NCBI GenBank assembly: GCA_965248265.1
Contig: CBDFJF010000001.1
Location: 1,728,001 to 1,792,000, forward strand
DNA: 64,000 bases
Reading direction: 5' to 3'
Source: Candidatus Latescibacterota bacterium
GTDB taxonomy: Bacteria; Latescibacterota; UBA2968; UBA8231
The notes under the pieces are model-generated. The model saw only the letters and a program-made list of their open reading frames with translations. It did not search any database and was not told where the DNA came from. Shown piece after piece: positions 20,187 to 29,469 of the stretch. A program made the position numbers and the translations under genes. The number at the start of each line of letters is the position of its first letter. The stretch's first letter is position 1.

Positions 20187-21404
20187 ATGCAGAACATTCT
20201 GATTCAAGCCAATGCCAGGGCCCGGCAGGCCGATCTCAGCCGGGCCTCCACCAGCGGCTTCGCGGAACCGGCCGCAGCGAACGCCAGACGTTTTCACGCG
20301 ACGATCCCAGGCTATCAGCTGACTCCCTTGCACAAACTTTCTGCCCTTGGACTGCACTTCAATCTCCAGGCTCTGTGGTTGAAAGACGAGTCGCAGCGCT
20401 TCGGTCTGAACGCCTTCAAGGGACTTGGCGCATCCTACGCCATTGCCCGTCTGTTGGCCGAGCGTCTGGAGCTTGATCCGGATGATCTCAACTTCACCCA
20501 ACTGACTACGCCGGCTTCCCGTCGCGAACTGAAAGATGTCGTCTTCGCCAGCGCCACTGGTGGCAACCACGGTCGCGGAGTTGCCTGGATGGCGCAACAC
20601 CTGGGATGTCGCTGCGTCGTCTATCTTCCCGCCGGCTCGACCCAATCACGCGTCGCCAACCTCGAGATCCACGATGCCGAGGTGACGGTGACCGACGTCA
20701 ACTACGACGACTCCGTGCGCCTGATCAGCGAACGGGCCAACGACAACGGCTGGCTGCTCGTGCAGGACACGGCCTGGAAAGGTTACGAGGAGATTCCGCG
20801 CGCCATCATGCAGGGCTATCTGACCATGGTCAGCGAAGCCTTCGAGCAGTTGCATGACCAGATGCCGACGCATGTGCTGATTCAACTCGGCGTCGGCTCC
20901 CTGGCAACGGCGCTTCAGGGGTACCTGGTGGAACGCTTCGGTGATGAGCGGCCGAATGTGATCGCCGTCGAGGCAGCGGCTGCTCCCAAAGGCTGCCTTT
21001 CGATTGAGGCCGGCGGAAACGATCCGATCGTCCTCGATCAGTCGTCTGAAACCGTCCTCGCGACCATTGCATGTTGCGAAATGTCGCCGCTGGGTTGGCC
21101 GATCCTGCGCGATCACACGGACTACGTGTGCGCCGCTCCCGATTGGGTCGGCGCCCACGGCGTCAGGATTTTGTCGAACCCCACCGGTGATGATCCACGA
21201 ATCGTGGCGGGTGCTACCGGCGCTGTCACTGCAGGACTCCTGGCCGCCCTGTGTGATCCGAACCTACCAACGTCGGACTTAGACTCTGTTGGCCTGACAT
21301 CGGAGTCGCGCGTGCTGGTATTCCTGACGGAGGGGGCGACAGATCCGGTGGCGCACCGAAAAGCTGTCTGGTATGGAGGTTGGCCGACCCCGGCCTCGGA
21401 ATAA
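20187..21404 (+). CDS. dpaL: Diaminopropionate ammonia-lyase (PLP)
   Basis: KDESQRFGLNAFKGLG, GNHGRGVAW, VQDTAWKGYEEIP..IMQGY, TEGATDP. Confidence 0.88.
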   Translation: MQNILIQANARARQADLSRASTSGFAEPAAANARRFHATIPGYQLTPLHKLSALGLHFNLQALWLKDESQRFGLNAFKGLGASYAIARLLAERLELDPDDLNFTQLTTPASRRELKDVVFASATGGNHGRGVAWMAQHLGCRCVVYLPAGSTQSRVANLEIHDAEVTVTDVNYDDSVRLISERANDNGWLLVQDTAWKGYEEIPRAIMQGYLTMVSEAFEQLHDQMPTHVLIQLGVGSLATALQGYLVERFGDERPNVIAVEAAAAPKGCLSIEAGGNDPIVLDQSSETVLATIACCEMSPLGWPILRDHTDYVCAAPDWVGAHGVRILSNPTGDDPRIVAGATGAVTAGLLAALCDPNLPTSDLDSVGLTSESRVLVFLTEGATDPVAHRKAVWYGGWPTPASE

Positions 21405-21420
21405 CCGAGGGTCTTGTACG

Positions 21421-22350
21421 CTATTCGCTCGGCGCCCAGTCCGGATAGCGCTCGTGCAAGATGCGCTTGCTGGTCTGAAAATCCTCTTCCGTGAAATACT
21501 GATAGGGGGAGAGCAGGCGCAGTGGCATCTGTTCGAACCCACCCAGGCGCACGATCACCTTGTCGTAGGCTCCATCGATGCGGCTTTCCCCGCGCCCAGG
21601 CGACAACAGCAGGTCTTCGACCATGGTCGCAAACTGCTGGCGAAACTCCGAGACCTCTCCATCCCGCCCGTTGATGGCTGCGTCGAAGAACTGTTTGACC
21701 TTGGGCGGGCACATCGGCGCCCAGGACGACAGGAGGGAGCACTCGCCTTCAGCCAGGCCGAATGTAAAATTGCGCTCTCCGAGGAAGTGTTGCAGCTGTG
21801 AGGCATCCCTCACCAGAGCCCTGGTTCCCTCTTCATCATGCACGGTGTTTTTCGTGGCCACGAGATTGGGGACAGCGTCGATGAGCGGGAGATAGTGTTC
21901 AGCGGCGAGCACACGACGGGCGCGAGGCAGGTTATAGTGCAGGAACCGGGCGTCCGGAAAGGTGCCGCAAACGTCCATGAAATAGGTCAGCAACTCTGCA
22001 TCCGTCAGCTCACCCCAGGCCGGCAGTGACATCTGGAAAATCCGGAAGCCAGCGTCATAGGCGAAGCCCATGCGCTCGACGACATTGGCGGTGGATAATC
22101 CGATGATGCCGACCTGGACGTGCTTCTCTTCCCCGAGGTCTTTGGTCGCGTCGCGGAAGACCTCGACGATCTGCTGGAAGCGCCGGGTGTCTACCGCATA
22201 CCCCTCACCGGCTGTGCCGAAGATGTAGAAGTGATCGAACTCGTCATAGGTATGACGGACTTCCTGCCGGAAGACGTCCTCCAGCAACTCCTCGTTCTCG
22301 TCCCACGGAATTTCGCATGAGGTCAAGATTGCTTGCGGATAGCGCGGCAT
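21421..22350 (-). CDS. Dihydrodipicolinate synthase/N-acetylneuraminate lyase family protein
   Basis: YIFGTAGEG, HYNLPRA, VATKN Schiff-base lysine. Confidence 0.82.
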   Translation of the reverse strand: MPRYPQAILTSCEIPWDENEELLEDVFRQEVRHTYDEFDHFYIFGTAGEGYAVDTRRFQQIVEVFRDATKDLGEEKHVQVGIIGLSTANVVERMGFAYDAGFRIFQMSLPAWGELTDAELLTYFMDVCGTFPDARFLHYNLPRARRVLAAEHYLPLIDAVPNLVATKNTVHDEEGTRALVRDASQLQHFLGERNFTFGLAEGECSLLSSWAPMCPPKVKQFFDAAINGRDGEVSEFRQQFATMVEDLLLSPGRGESRIDGAYDKVIVRLGGFEQMPLRLLSPYQYFTEEDFQTSKRILHERYPDWAPSE

Positions 22351-22514
22351 TGATTTCGATCTCTGTTTAGATTCCTCGCTTCGGGCTACTGACGGCCCTG
22401 GACGACAATAGGTGCGATCTGGAAACCGGACAAGCGGATCAACGAGAGGCGGTTGGTGAGCAGAAAATTGCGGCACCCGTGGCGAGTTGATCTGGCAAGC
22501 ATGAGGAGCACACG

Positions 22515-23630
22515 ATGACTGACAGACGGCTGATTTTCGACGGCGACTACCCGATGGCCCCGACCGCGATGGAGTTGAACCGCGACTTGCTGCTGCCTAT
22601 CGACCAACTGCGCGCGTCCCTTCAGACCCATGCTGTTGCGAGCCGCATTGACGCCGAGACCTTGGCCACGATCCCGGAGTTGCGCCGCGGCCGTGTGGCC
22701 GGCGCCCTGGTCAAGGTCGTCGGCCGCATCTGGCGCCCGGATGATCGCAATCCGGTGGGTCATCGCACCGGCGAGATCGCCTACGCCTACGCCCGGTCAC
22801 ACCTGGCCTATTACCGTATCCTCGAAAGGCGCGGTGCGGTTCGACTGCTACGCAGCGGTACCGATGTCGACGATCACTTCACCTCCTGGGAGTCGGCCTC
22901 CGCGTACGATGAGTTACCCGTCGGTTTCGTCCTCGGCATGGAAGGCGCCGACTCCATCCTCTGGCCCGAGATGGTGCACGAATGGTGGGACGACGGTCTA
23001 CGCGTCATCAGCCTCTCTCACTATGGAAAGAGCGTGTACTGTCATGGGACCGGGACGGGAACCGAGGGTGGTCTGTTTCCGCCGGCTCGCGACCTGCTGG
23101 CCGAGATGGACAAGGCAGGCATGATCCTCGACCTCACCCACGCCTCCGACGCCTCGGTGCGCCAGGCACTGGAGCTGTTCTCCGGGCGTGTGCTGGCTTC
23201 GCACCAGAACTGTCGCGCCCTGGCACCCGGCGAACGGCAATTCCCCGATGACCAGTTGCAGGCCATCATCGACCGCGGCGGCATCGTCGGCCACTCCATG
23301 GATTCGTGGATGGTGTATCCCGGGGGCTGGGATGACTGGGGTGATATGCCGACCCGACCCGAGGTCTTCACTCGTGAAGAAGTCACCCTCGAGCACTACG
23401 CTGATCATGTCGATCATGTCTGTCAGTTGGCCGGCAACTCCCACCATGCCGCCATCGGCGGCGACACCGACGGCCAGGGCGGATGCGAGGGCACGCCGTT
23501 TGGGATCGACACGGTTGCAGACTATCACAAGCTCGAGCCGATTCTGGAAAAGCGCGGCTACAGCACGGACGACATCGACAACATCATGTGGAAGAACTGG
23601 AAGCGGTTCTTCAGCGACTACTTGCCCTGA
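22515..23630 (+). CDS. Membrane dipeptidase (peptidase M19) family
   Basis: GMEGAD, DLTH, ASHQNCRAL, IGGDTDG. Confidence 0.88.
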   Translation: MTDRRLIFDGDYPMAPTAMELNRDLLLPIDQLRASLQTHAVASRIDAETLATIPELRRGRVAGALVKVVGRIWRPDDRNPVGHRTGEIAYAYARSHLAYYRILERRGAVRLLRSGTDVDDHFTSWESASAYDELPVGFVLGMEGADSILWPEMVHEWWDDGLRVISLSHYGKSVYCHGTGTGTEGGLFPPARDLLAEMDKAGMILDLTHASDASVRQALELFSGRVLASHQNCRALAPGERQFPDDQLQAIIDRGGIVGHSMDSWMVYPGGWDDWGDMPTRPEVFTREEVTLEHYADHVDHVCQLAGNSHHAAIGGDTDGQGGCEGTPFGIDTVADYHKLEPILEKRGYSTDDIDNIMWKNWKRFFSDYLP

Positions 23631-23701
23631 GCCAGCGGAGACCCGGCAAGCCACTGTGGAGCAAAGGGTTCGAAATATTTCAGACTCATAAGGAGACGGT
23701 A

Positions 23702-24787
23702 ATGAGTTACGGTTTGAGTATCCGGGATGGGGCAGCGCTCGATTTCCTGTCATTGGGCGCCCTCGTGCACAGACTAGACCCTGGGATCGTACCCTTTCGC
23801 AAAGCAAACACGTGCCAGATACACGTCAGCGGCGGCGAATTCAATGTGGCCGCCAATCTCGCCGACTGCTTCGGCATGCGCACGGGTATTGCCTCGGCCA
23901 TGGCCGACTACCCGATTGGTGATCTGATAGCGGAGCGTGTCAGGGCCATGGGGGTGACGCCTTTCTACAAGCATTTCGAACACGACGGCGTTACCGGCCC
24001 CAACATGGCTACCGTCTTCAGCGACCGCGGCAACGGCGTGCGCGCCCCGGTCGTGTTCTACAACCGCTCCAACGAAGCCGCCGCGAGACTGCAACCCGGT
24101 GACTTCGACTGGAGTGCCATCTTCGATGCCGGCGCTCGCTGGTTCCACAGCGGCGGCATCTTCGCGGCGCTGTCGAAGACGACGGCACAGACCATCATCG
24201 AAGGCATGCAGGCGGCTAAAGCCTCAGAAGCCATCACCTCCTTTGATTTGAATTACCGTGAGAAGCTGTGGAAGATCGCCGGCGGGCTTGAGGGGGCCCA
24301 GGAAGTCATCGGCCGCATCGTCGACAACGTCGATGTCCTGCTTGGCAACGAGGAGGATCTGCAGAAGGGACTTGGGATCGCCGGACCGGAGGTGGCAGCA
24401 GGCAAGTCAAAGCTGGATCCCGGCGCCTTCTTCGGCATGATCGATCGTGTTTTAGAGAAATTCCCCAACATCAAGATCATCGCTACAACGTTGCGGGAAG
24501 TTCACTCAACCAATCGACACAGCTGGAGCGCCGTCGCCTGGATCGACGGTGAAACCTATGTTGCCCCAACAGCCGAGCTCGATGTCTACGACCGTGTCGG
24601 CGGCGGCGACGGCTTCGCCTCCGGCTTGATCTACAGCATACTGACCGACAAGAAACCGGAGTTGGCGATCAAGCTGGGTTGGGCCCACGGCGCGCTGATC
24701 ACGACCTTTCCCGGCGACACCACGATGTCGTCGCTGGAGCAGGTCGAGGCGTTCGCCGAGGGTGGGTCGGCGCGGATACAGCGTTAA
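23702..24787 (+). CDS. PfkB sugar kinase, 2-keto-3-deoxygluconate kinase-like
   Basis: SGGEFNVA, SFDLNYREKLW, DRVGGGDGF; ATG with GGAG RBS. Confidence 0.88.
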   Translation: MSYGLSIRDGAALDFLSLGALVHRLDPGIVPFRKANTCQIHVSGGEFNVAANLADCFGMRTGIASAMADYPIGDLIAERVRAMGVTPFYKHFEHDGVTGPNMATVFSDRGNGVRAPVVFYNRSNEAAARLQPGDFDWSAIFDAGARWFHSGGIFAALSKTTAQTIIEGMQAAKASEAITSFDLNYREKLWKIAGGLEGAQEVIGRIVDNVDVLLGNEEDLQKGLGIAGPEVAAGKSKLDPGAFFGMIDRVLEKFPNIKIIATTLREVHSTNRHSWSAVAWIDGETYVAPTAELDVYDRVGGGDGFASGLIYSILTDKKPELAIKLGWAHGALITTFPGDTTMSSLEQVEAFAEGGSARIQR

Positions 24788-24841
24788 AGCGCGAATTCTC
24801 GCCCACCACCTCTGTTGAGCCACCGTTTGCCACGCATTCGC

Positions 24842-25161
24842 TCAAACCGCCCGTTCCTCCAGCCACTCCTTCGTGATCTTCAGCCCGAACCCGGGCGCGT
24901 CGCTGGGTGTCAGGCGACCGTTACGAATGACGGGCGTTCCTGGCAGTTGCACCATCTCCTCCAACGGCACTCCCGGTGGAGACACCCCCTGACGCAGGCC
25001 GCTTTTTGCTCTCCAAGCTGAAAAGGCCAGTCCGCATGCTCTGGGTAGCGATGCATCGGAGTGACCATCTTTGGAGCATCCGCCACCCGCGGCACTCGTG
25101 GCTTAGTAGAGGGTATGGCGGTATGCGTTATCGGAACGGCTCGCACATCAACGATCTTCAT
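24842..25161 (-). pseudogene. Internally deleted enolase-superfamily dehydratase (rhamnonate dehydratase-like)
   Basis: N-terminus MKIVDVRAV...TPMHRYP joined out of frame near 24990 to C-terminus ...NGRLTPSDAPGFGLKITKEWLEERAV*. Confidence 0.72.
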
Positions 25162-25202
25162 GGCCTATAGCTTTCCTCTCAATCACGTCTGCTGGATTTC
25201 AA

Positions 25203-26201
25203 TCACATCTGCTGAATTTCCCGCCACAGCTCCTCGTCGACGTGTATGCCATTCGCCAGGTTGTCGCATCGCGTCGCCAGCATGCCCTGACCGGGATAGC
25301 GAACCTCGGCTCCCTCGAGCGCCGGAACATCACAGTAGTCGCTGAGGATCTGCTCAACTGTTTCTTCAAGAATCTGTGCGCCTGCCAGTGATTCGGCATC
25401 GATCGCGATGAAGACTTGAGACACGTTCATTTCACTCTCACGTTGTCGAATCACAGCCGTCGAATCGCCTCCGCTGATGATGGTGGCCAGCAAATCCAGA
25501 ACCAGTGCCAACCCGGATCCTTTCCAATAGCCGATGGGTAGCGCCCGCCTGGAATCGACGATAGCACCGGGATCCGTCGTCAGCTCGCCATCCTCATCAT
25601 AGCCGCCCGCCAGCGTCAGCTTCTCCCCTCGCCGCCGCATCACCTCCAGCTTGCCATTGGAATATTGGCTCATCGCCATGTCCAGGAGCACGTGGCCGTT
25701 CTTGTGGGGCACACAGAGTGTCAGCGGATTGTTACCTATGCGTTTGAGAGCCGATCCCCAGGGGGGCATCAGCGCCGTGGTGTTGGTCCAGCAAAGAGCG
25801 ATGCAACCCGCCTCACACGCCTGCAGCCCGTAAGATCCGGCTCGCATCCAGTGGTTCGTGTTCTTGAGACCGACACAGCCCATGCCATGATCGCGGGCGA
25901 TCTCTACCGCTCGCGCCATCGCAAACTGCGCATTGAGCAGCCCTACTCCACTCTTGCCATCGAACTGTTCGATAGTTCCAAGGCGTGCAACGAGTTCGGG
26001 GGTTGCTTCGATATCAACGGTGCCGTCCTGGCACGAACGCACGAACCCCGGAAATCGGTTGAGACCGTGAGAGACGACGCCATCGCAGGTGTTTTCTGCG
26101 AACAGCCGGGCGCAGCGATCACCGCGATCCTGCGAGAACCCCAGATTAAGGAGAATCCGTCTGAATTCAGTGTGTAGCGTGTCGAAGGAGATCCGTTCCA
26201 T
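25203..26201 (-). CDS. yiaK: 3-dehydro-L-gulonate 2-dehydrogenase (2,3-diketo-L-gulonate reductase)
   Basis: SHGLNRFP, NTNHWMRAGSYG, WTNT, IGNNPL, DMAMSQYS, GYWKGSGL. Confidence 0.9.
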   Translation of the reverse strand: MERISFDTLHTEFRRILLNLGFSQDRGDRCARLFAENTCDGVVSHGLNRFPGFVRSCQDGTVDIEATPELVARLGTIEQFDGKSGVGLLNAQFAMARAVEIARDHGMGCVGLKNTNHWMRAGSYGLQACEAGCIALCWTNTTALMPPWGSALKRIGNNPLTLCVPHKNGHVLLDMAMSQYSNGKLEVMRRRGEKLTLAGGYDEDGELTTDPGAIVDSRRALPIGYWKGSGLALVLDLLATIISGGDSTAVIRQRESEMNVSQVFIAIDAESLAGAQILEETVEQILSDYCDVPALEGAEVRYPGQGMLATRCDNLANGIHVDEELWREIQQM

Positions 26202-26212
26202 GGGCGCCTAAG

Positions 26213-27118
26213 CTAATCAGATTGCCTGGCCTGCCCCAGGAGCGTGTCGAGGGGACTCTCGATGCGTACGAGTTCCTTGCGCGTGACATGTGTGTAGACC
26301 TCGGTGGTCTTTGAACTCTTGTGTCCAAGAAGCTCTTGGATGTAGCGCAGATCGGTACCGCCCTCCAATAGATGGGTCGCGAAGCTGTGGCGCAGCGTGT
26401 GCACGGTTGCTCGTTTCTTGATTCCCACGGCGATAACAGCCCTGGCAAACACCTTCTGCACGGACCGCTCTGTCAGGTGGCGGCCCCGACGCGCTCCGGG
26501 GAAAAGCCATGTCGATGGCTGGTATGCTTTCCAGTACAGCCGCAGGCCCTCCAAAATAGACCTGGGCAGTATGGTGTACCGATCCTTGCGACCCTTGCCT
26601 TGCTTTACCCGGATGAGCATCCGCTCGCTGTCTATGTCACTCACCTTCAGACGAACTACCTCACCCACACGAAGCCCGCCGGCATACAACAAGGCGATGA
26701 TTACCCGGTGTTTCGGATTTCGCTGCGAGTCCAACAGTCGCAGCACTTCTCGCTGACTGAGTATCTCGGGCAGCTGGCGCCCACTCCGAGGCCTGCGCAG
26801 ACCTTCCAATGGGGCTGGCTGTTTCAGCACTTCCCCGTAGAGAAAGCTCAGAGCACTGTAGGCGATGTTGAAGGCTGAGCGGCTGACCTTACGATCGACG
26901 ATGAGCCACTCGAGATGTGATCTCACCTCGGACTGGCGGTCGCCCCAAAACCCGCGCTTCCATTGCAGGAAACGCCGGCAGTATCCCATGTATGACTTCT
27001 GTGTCTTCTTGGCGTAGCCCCTCAATCGCAGCTCTGACTCGAGGCGGTTGAGGATGGTCAGTTCTTCTTTGAAAAGATCCGGGTGTCTCCGATAGCGCCG
27101 CATGTTCGTGTTTCTCAA
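26213..27118 (-). CDS. Tyrosine recombinase, integron-integrase-like but lacking the IntI-specific insertion
   Basis: N-terminal LRLRGYAKKTQKSY domain; catalytic R (GLR), K (GKGRKDR), HTLRH, LGH, Y (TTEVY) intact; start may be ATG 27103. Confidence 0.92.
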   Translation of the reverse strand: MRNTNMRRYRRHPDLFKEELTILNRLESELRLRGYAKKTQKSYMGYCRRFLQWKRGFWGDRQSEVRSHLEWLIVDRKVSRSAFNIAYSALSFLYGEVLKQPAPLEGLRRPRSGRQLPEILSQREVLRLLDSQRNPKHRVIIALLYAGGLRVGEVVRLKVSDIDSERMLIRVKQGKGRKDRYTILPRSILEGLRLYWKAYQPSTWLFPGARRGRHLTERSVQKVFARAVIAVGIKKRATVHTLRHSFATHLLEGGTDLRYIQELLGHKSSKTTEVYTHVTRKELVRIESPLDTLLGQARQSD

Positions 27119-27293
27119 GCAAAGGTGTATCCCTTGCTTGAGAGAAATCGATGCCAGTCGGACTGCACGGCGAACGCTTCTGCTATCTCATACTCGCACA
27201 GGTGGATAACGTTGAAGCCCGCGTGTAAAACCTATTGCGACTGTTTACCCGAATACGCACCTTCGTGTCAGATAAGTAACACATAGCGTCGAT

Positions 27294-27329
27294 TATGCGA
27301 ACCTTTTGTTCGCATACAAGCAGTTAGAG
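27294..27329 (+). other. attI-like primary recombination site, crossover G27323|TTAGAGG
   Basis: GTTAGAGGC (27323-27331) is the exact reverse complement of GCCTCTAAC (28021-28029); preceded by the inverted repeat TATGCGAAC-ctttt-GTTCGCATA. Confidence 0.78.
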
Positions 27330-27352
27330 GCCATGCGGCCAAAGCGAAGACC

Positions 27353-27381
27353 TTGCACTCTATACGCCATTGGCGTATAGT
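27353..27381 (+). promoter_or_regulatory. Sigma70-type promoter and operator of TA cassette 1
   Basis: TTGCAC-17 bp-TATAGT overlapped by perfect palindrome CTATACGCCA-T-TGGCGTATAG (27360-27380); ATG begins 7 nt after the -10. Confidence 0.75.
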
Positions 27382-27387
27382 AGATCT

Positions 27388-27704
27388 ATGACCTTTGTTG
27401 AAACGCCCATCTTTTCAGAGGAAATTCTGACTCTACTACTCGACGATGGCTACCGAGCATTGCAACTGGCGATCCTGTTCCGACCCGATCAGGACAGATC
27501 ATCCCGCGCACAAGCGGCTTGCACAAATTGAGATGGAATTTGCCGCGTGGCGGCAAACGCGGCGGTTTGCGTGTCATTTACTACTGGGACAAACCCGACG
27601 ACACTGTTTACATGCTCTGGGTGTATCGCAAGAGTCGGCAGGAGGATCTAACGGCTCAGCAAGCCAGACTGCTCAGCAAACTTGTGAAGGAGTACCTGTC
27701 ATGA
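27388..27704 (+). pseudogene. RelE/HigB-family toxin, frameshifted (cassette 1)
   Basis: MTFVETPIFSEEI..YRALQLAILFRPDQ continues in another frame as IIPRTSGLHKLRW..GKRGGLRVIYYW; one base missing near 27492. Confidence 0.82.
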
Positions 27705-27991
27705 AAGATCGCGACTTTGACAAACTTGTAGATAGCGTCAAACAAGCCGGTGCGATCAAGCGCGGCAAACTCAAACCGGGCCGAACCATCCAGATGGACC
27801 CTGACGATGTCAGATTGATCCGCAAGAAACTGCAAAAGTCCCAATCTGAATTTGCCCTGATGATAGGGGTCAGTGTCTCTACTCTGCAAAACTGGGAGCA
27901 GGGACGCCGCAATCCCGAGGGCCCGGCTCGAGCCCTGCTCAAGATCGCTTCGGAGAATCCCGAAGCAGTGGCGCGATCCTTGAGTGCGTAG
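27701..27991 (+). CDS. HigA/NadS-like HTH-XRE antitoxin (cassette 1)
   Basis: SQSEFALMIGVSVSTLQNWEQGRRNPEGPA; ATGA overlap with toxin stop. Confidence 0.9.
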   Translation: MKDRDFDKLVDSVKQAGAIKRGKLKPGRTIQMDPDDVRLIRKKLQKSQSEFALMIGVSVSTLQNWEQGRRNPEGPARALLKIASENPEAVARSLSA

Positions 27992-28022
27992 CGAGCCCAC
28001 ACCCCGCCCCTGACCACACAGC

Positions 28023-28123
28023 CTCTAACAAACGGTTTACACTGCGCCGCCTTCAGCGGCTTGGCCTTCGGCAATCTGCCTTCGCTGTGCTCGACAGATT
28101 CGTAAACCGTAGAAACGTTATGT
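28023..28123 (+). repeat. attC-like site 1
   Basis: CTCTAAC...ACGGTTTAC/GTAAACCGT arms...GTTATGT; internal GGCCTTCGGCAA. Confidence 0.88.
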
Positions 28124-28158
28124 GCCATGAATGGAAAAGCCGTTCCCTGCCCACCCAC

Positions 28159-28188
28159 TTGACCAAGACGTACCACAATTGGTACATT
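28159..28188 (+). promoter_or_regulatory. Promoter and operator of TA cassette 2
   Basis: TTGACC-18 bp-TACATT with inverted repeat GTACCA-caat-TGGTAC (28170-28185); ATG at 28196, no RBS. Confidence 0.65.
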
Positions 28189-28195
28189 ACGACCT

Positions 28196-28546
28196 ATGAA
28201 TCGAGACAAGCCGTTGGCCGTTCGCTTCTTTTGCACGTCGACAGGCCGAGAGCCTGTCAGAGAGTGGCTGCGCAGCTTGAACCGCGAATCAAAGAAGGTC
28301 ATTGGTGCGGACATCAAGACGGTTCAGTTTGGATGGCCGCTCGGGATGCCGCTGGTGCGCAAGCTCGAGAGCAATATTTGGGAGGTACGCAGCACGCTTC
28401 CAAGCTCAATAGCTCGCGTTCTCGTAACGATTGACCAAGAAACCGTTGTCTTGTTGCATGGTTTCATCAAGAAGAGTCAGAAGACTCCCGCGAGAGATCT
28501 GGCATTGGCACGCACCAGACTTAAGATGCTTCAGGAGGAATCATGA
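28196..28546 (+). CDS. RelE/ParE-superfamily toxin, Gp49/DUF891-like (cassette 2)
   Basis: GREPVREWL, GWPLGMPLVRKL..IWEVR, LLHGFIKKSQKTP. Confidence 0.9.
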   Translation: MNRDKPLAVRFFCTSTGREPVREWLRSLNRESKKVIGADIKTVQFGWPLGMPLVRKLESNIWEVRSTLPSSIARVLVTIDQETVVLLHGFIKKSQKTPARDLALARTRLKMLQEES

Positions 28547-28824
28547 ATAAGAAACACGTCGGCAGCAGCTTCGATGAATTCCTCGCAGAAGAAGACCTGC
28601 TCAGCGAGGCAGAAGCAACTGCGGTGAAGCGCGTTATCGCCTATCAGTTGACTCAGTTCATGGAGGATAACGAGCTGTCAAAAACCGCGATGGCAAGGCG
28701 AATGCAAACCAGTCGTTCTGCACTCGACCGGCTGCTTGACCCAGCCAATCCCTCCGTGACACTACAAACTATGGATCGAGCAGCTCGAGCCTTGGGCAAA
28801 AAGCTGCGTATCGAACTGACCTGA
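28543..28824 (+). CDS. HTH-XRE antitoxin (cassette 2)
   Basis: HVGSSFDEFL, SKTAMARRMQTSRSALDRLLDP; ATGA overlap. Confidence 0.9.
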   Translation: MNKKHVGSSFDEFLAEEDLLSEAEATAVKRVIAYQLTQFMEDNELSKTAMARRMQTSRSALDRLLDPANPSVTLQTMDRAARALGKKLRIELT

Positions 28825-28869
28825 CTGTAAGCGATTCAACTCGCAAGGCTGTGGAATCGACTTCACAGC

Positions 28870-28960
28870 ACATAACAGCACTGTTCGCGCGGCGCGCCAT
28901 ACGGCGCTTGGCCTTCGGCAACCCGCATGCGCGGGTTCGCAAACCGGCAAGACGTTAACT
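28870..28960 (+). repeat. attC-like site 2
   Basis: ACATAAC...GTTAACT; 51 nt (28907-28957) identical to site 3 (30829-30879). Confidence 0.9.
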
Positions 28961-28983
28961 GACATTCTAGTTTAGCAGAACTC

Positions 28984-29466
28984 ATGACATTTTATCTTGG
29001 CCTTTTCATTGTTGGCATTGCATTCGGTACATTGGCGCTCACCTTCATGTCCATTTCTCGGTTGGAGAGTGTGAAGTTCAATACGGGCGAGGTTCAGTGG
29101 AAAACAGTCTTGCTATGTTACGTGTGCAGCACCAGCTATATCACCGGGCGCCCGCTTCGCCCTCTTTATGGATATTCGCTCTTGCTAGTGGCCATCACCC
29201 TTTACCCGGCAGCGTTCGCCATTGGCCAAGGATTCGATGGTACGTTTGGATCCTCACATTTTCTCGTCTTGTCTCGCTTGGCGAACATTCTATGCCAATT
29301 GTGCGATTGGCCAGCGATGGGCTTTTGTCTTGAATACCTCGGATTTCGTTTCCGATCTGTCTTCTGCGTAGCTGGGTTTGCCGTCACAGGCTTCCTACTG
29401 CTATTCAATCCGATCGCCTTCTTTGGCTACTGGCCACCCTTCATGACCGAGTATGTGAGGATTTGA
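28984..29466 (+). CDS. Hypothetical membrane protein (cassette 3)
   Basis: 160-aa hydrophobic ORF starting just after the R' box of site 2. Confidence 0.65.
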   Translation: MTFYLGLFIVGIAFGTLALTFMSISRLESVKFNTGEVQWKTVLLCYVCSTSYITGRPLRPLYGYSLLLVAITLYPAAFAIGQGFDGTFGSSHFLVLSRLANILCQLCDWPAMGFCLEYLGFRFRSVFCVAGFAVTGFLLLFNPIAFFGYWPPFMTEYVRI

Positions 29467-29469
29467 CGA

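Noticed and set aside
26213-27118. Calling the recombinase xerC/xerD or intI
   Set aside because: Its context is a cassette array rather than a housekeeping locus, but it lacks the IntI-defining insertion, so no symbol was assigned.
27120-27290. Pc and Pint promoters
   Set aside because: No convincing -35/-10 pair could be identified by eye.
27298-27312. CGAAC-N5-GTTCG as a Gram-positive-type LexA box
   Set aside because: That box has a 4-nt spacer and this has 5; the host's LexA motif is unknown, so SOS control is not claimed.
28870-28960. Cloverleaf repeats as tRNA genes
   Set aside because: No TTC T-loop consensus in the right position, no anticodon-arm geometry and no CCA end.
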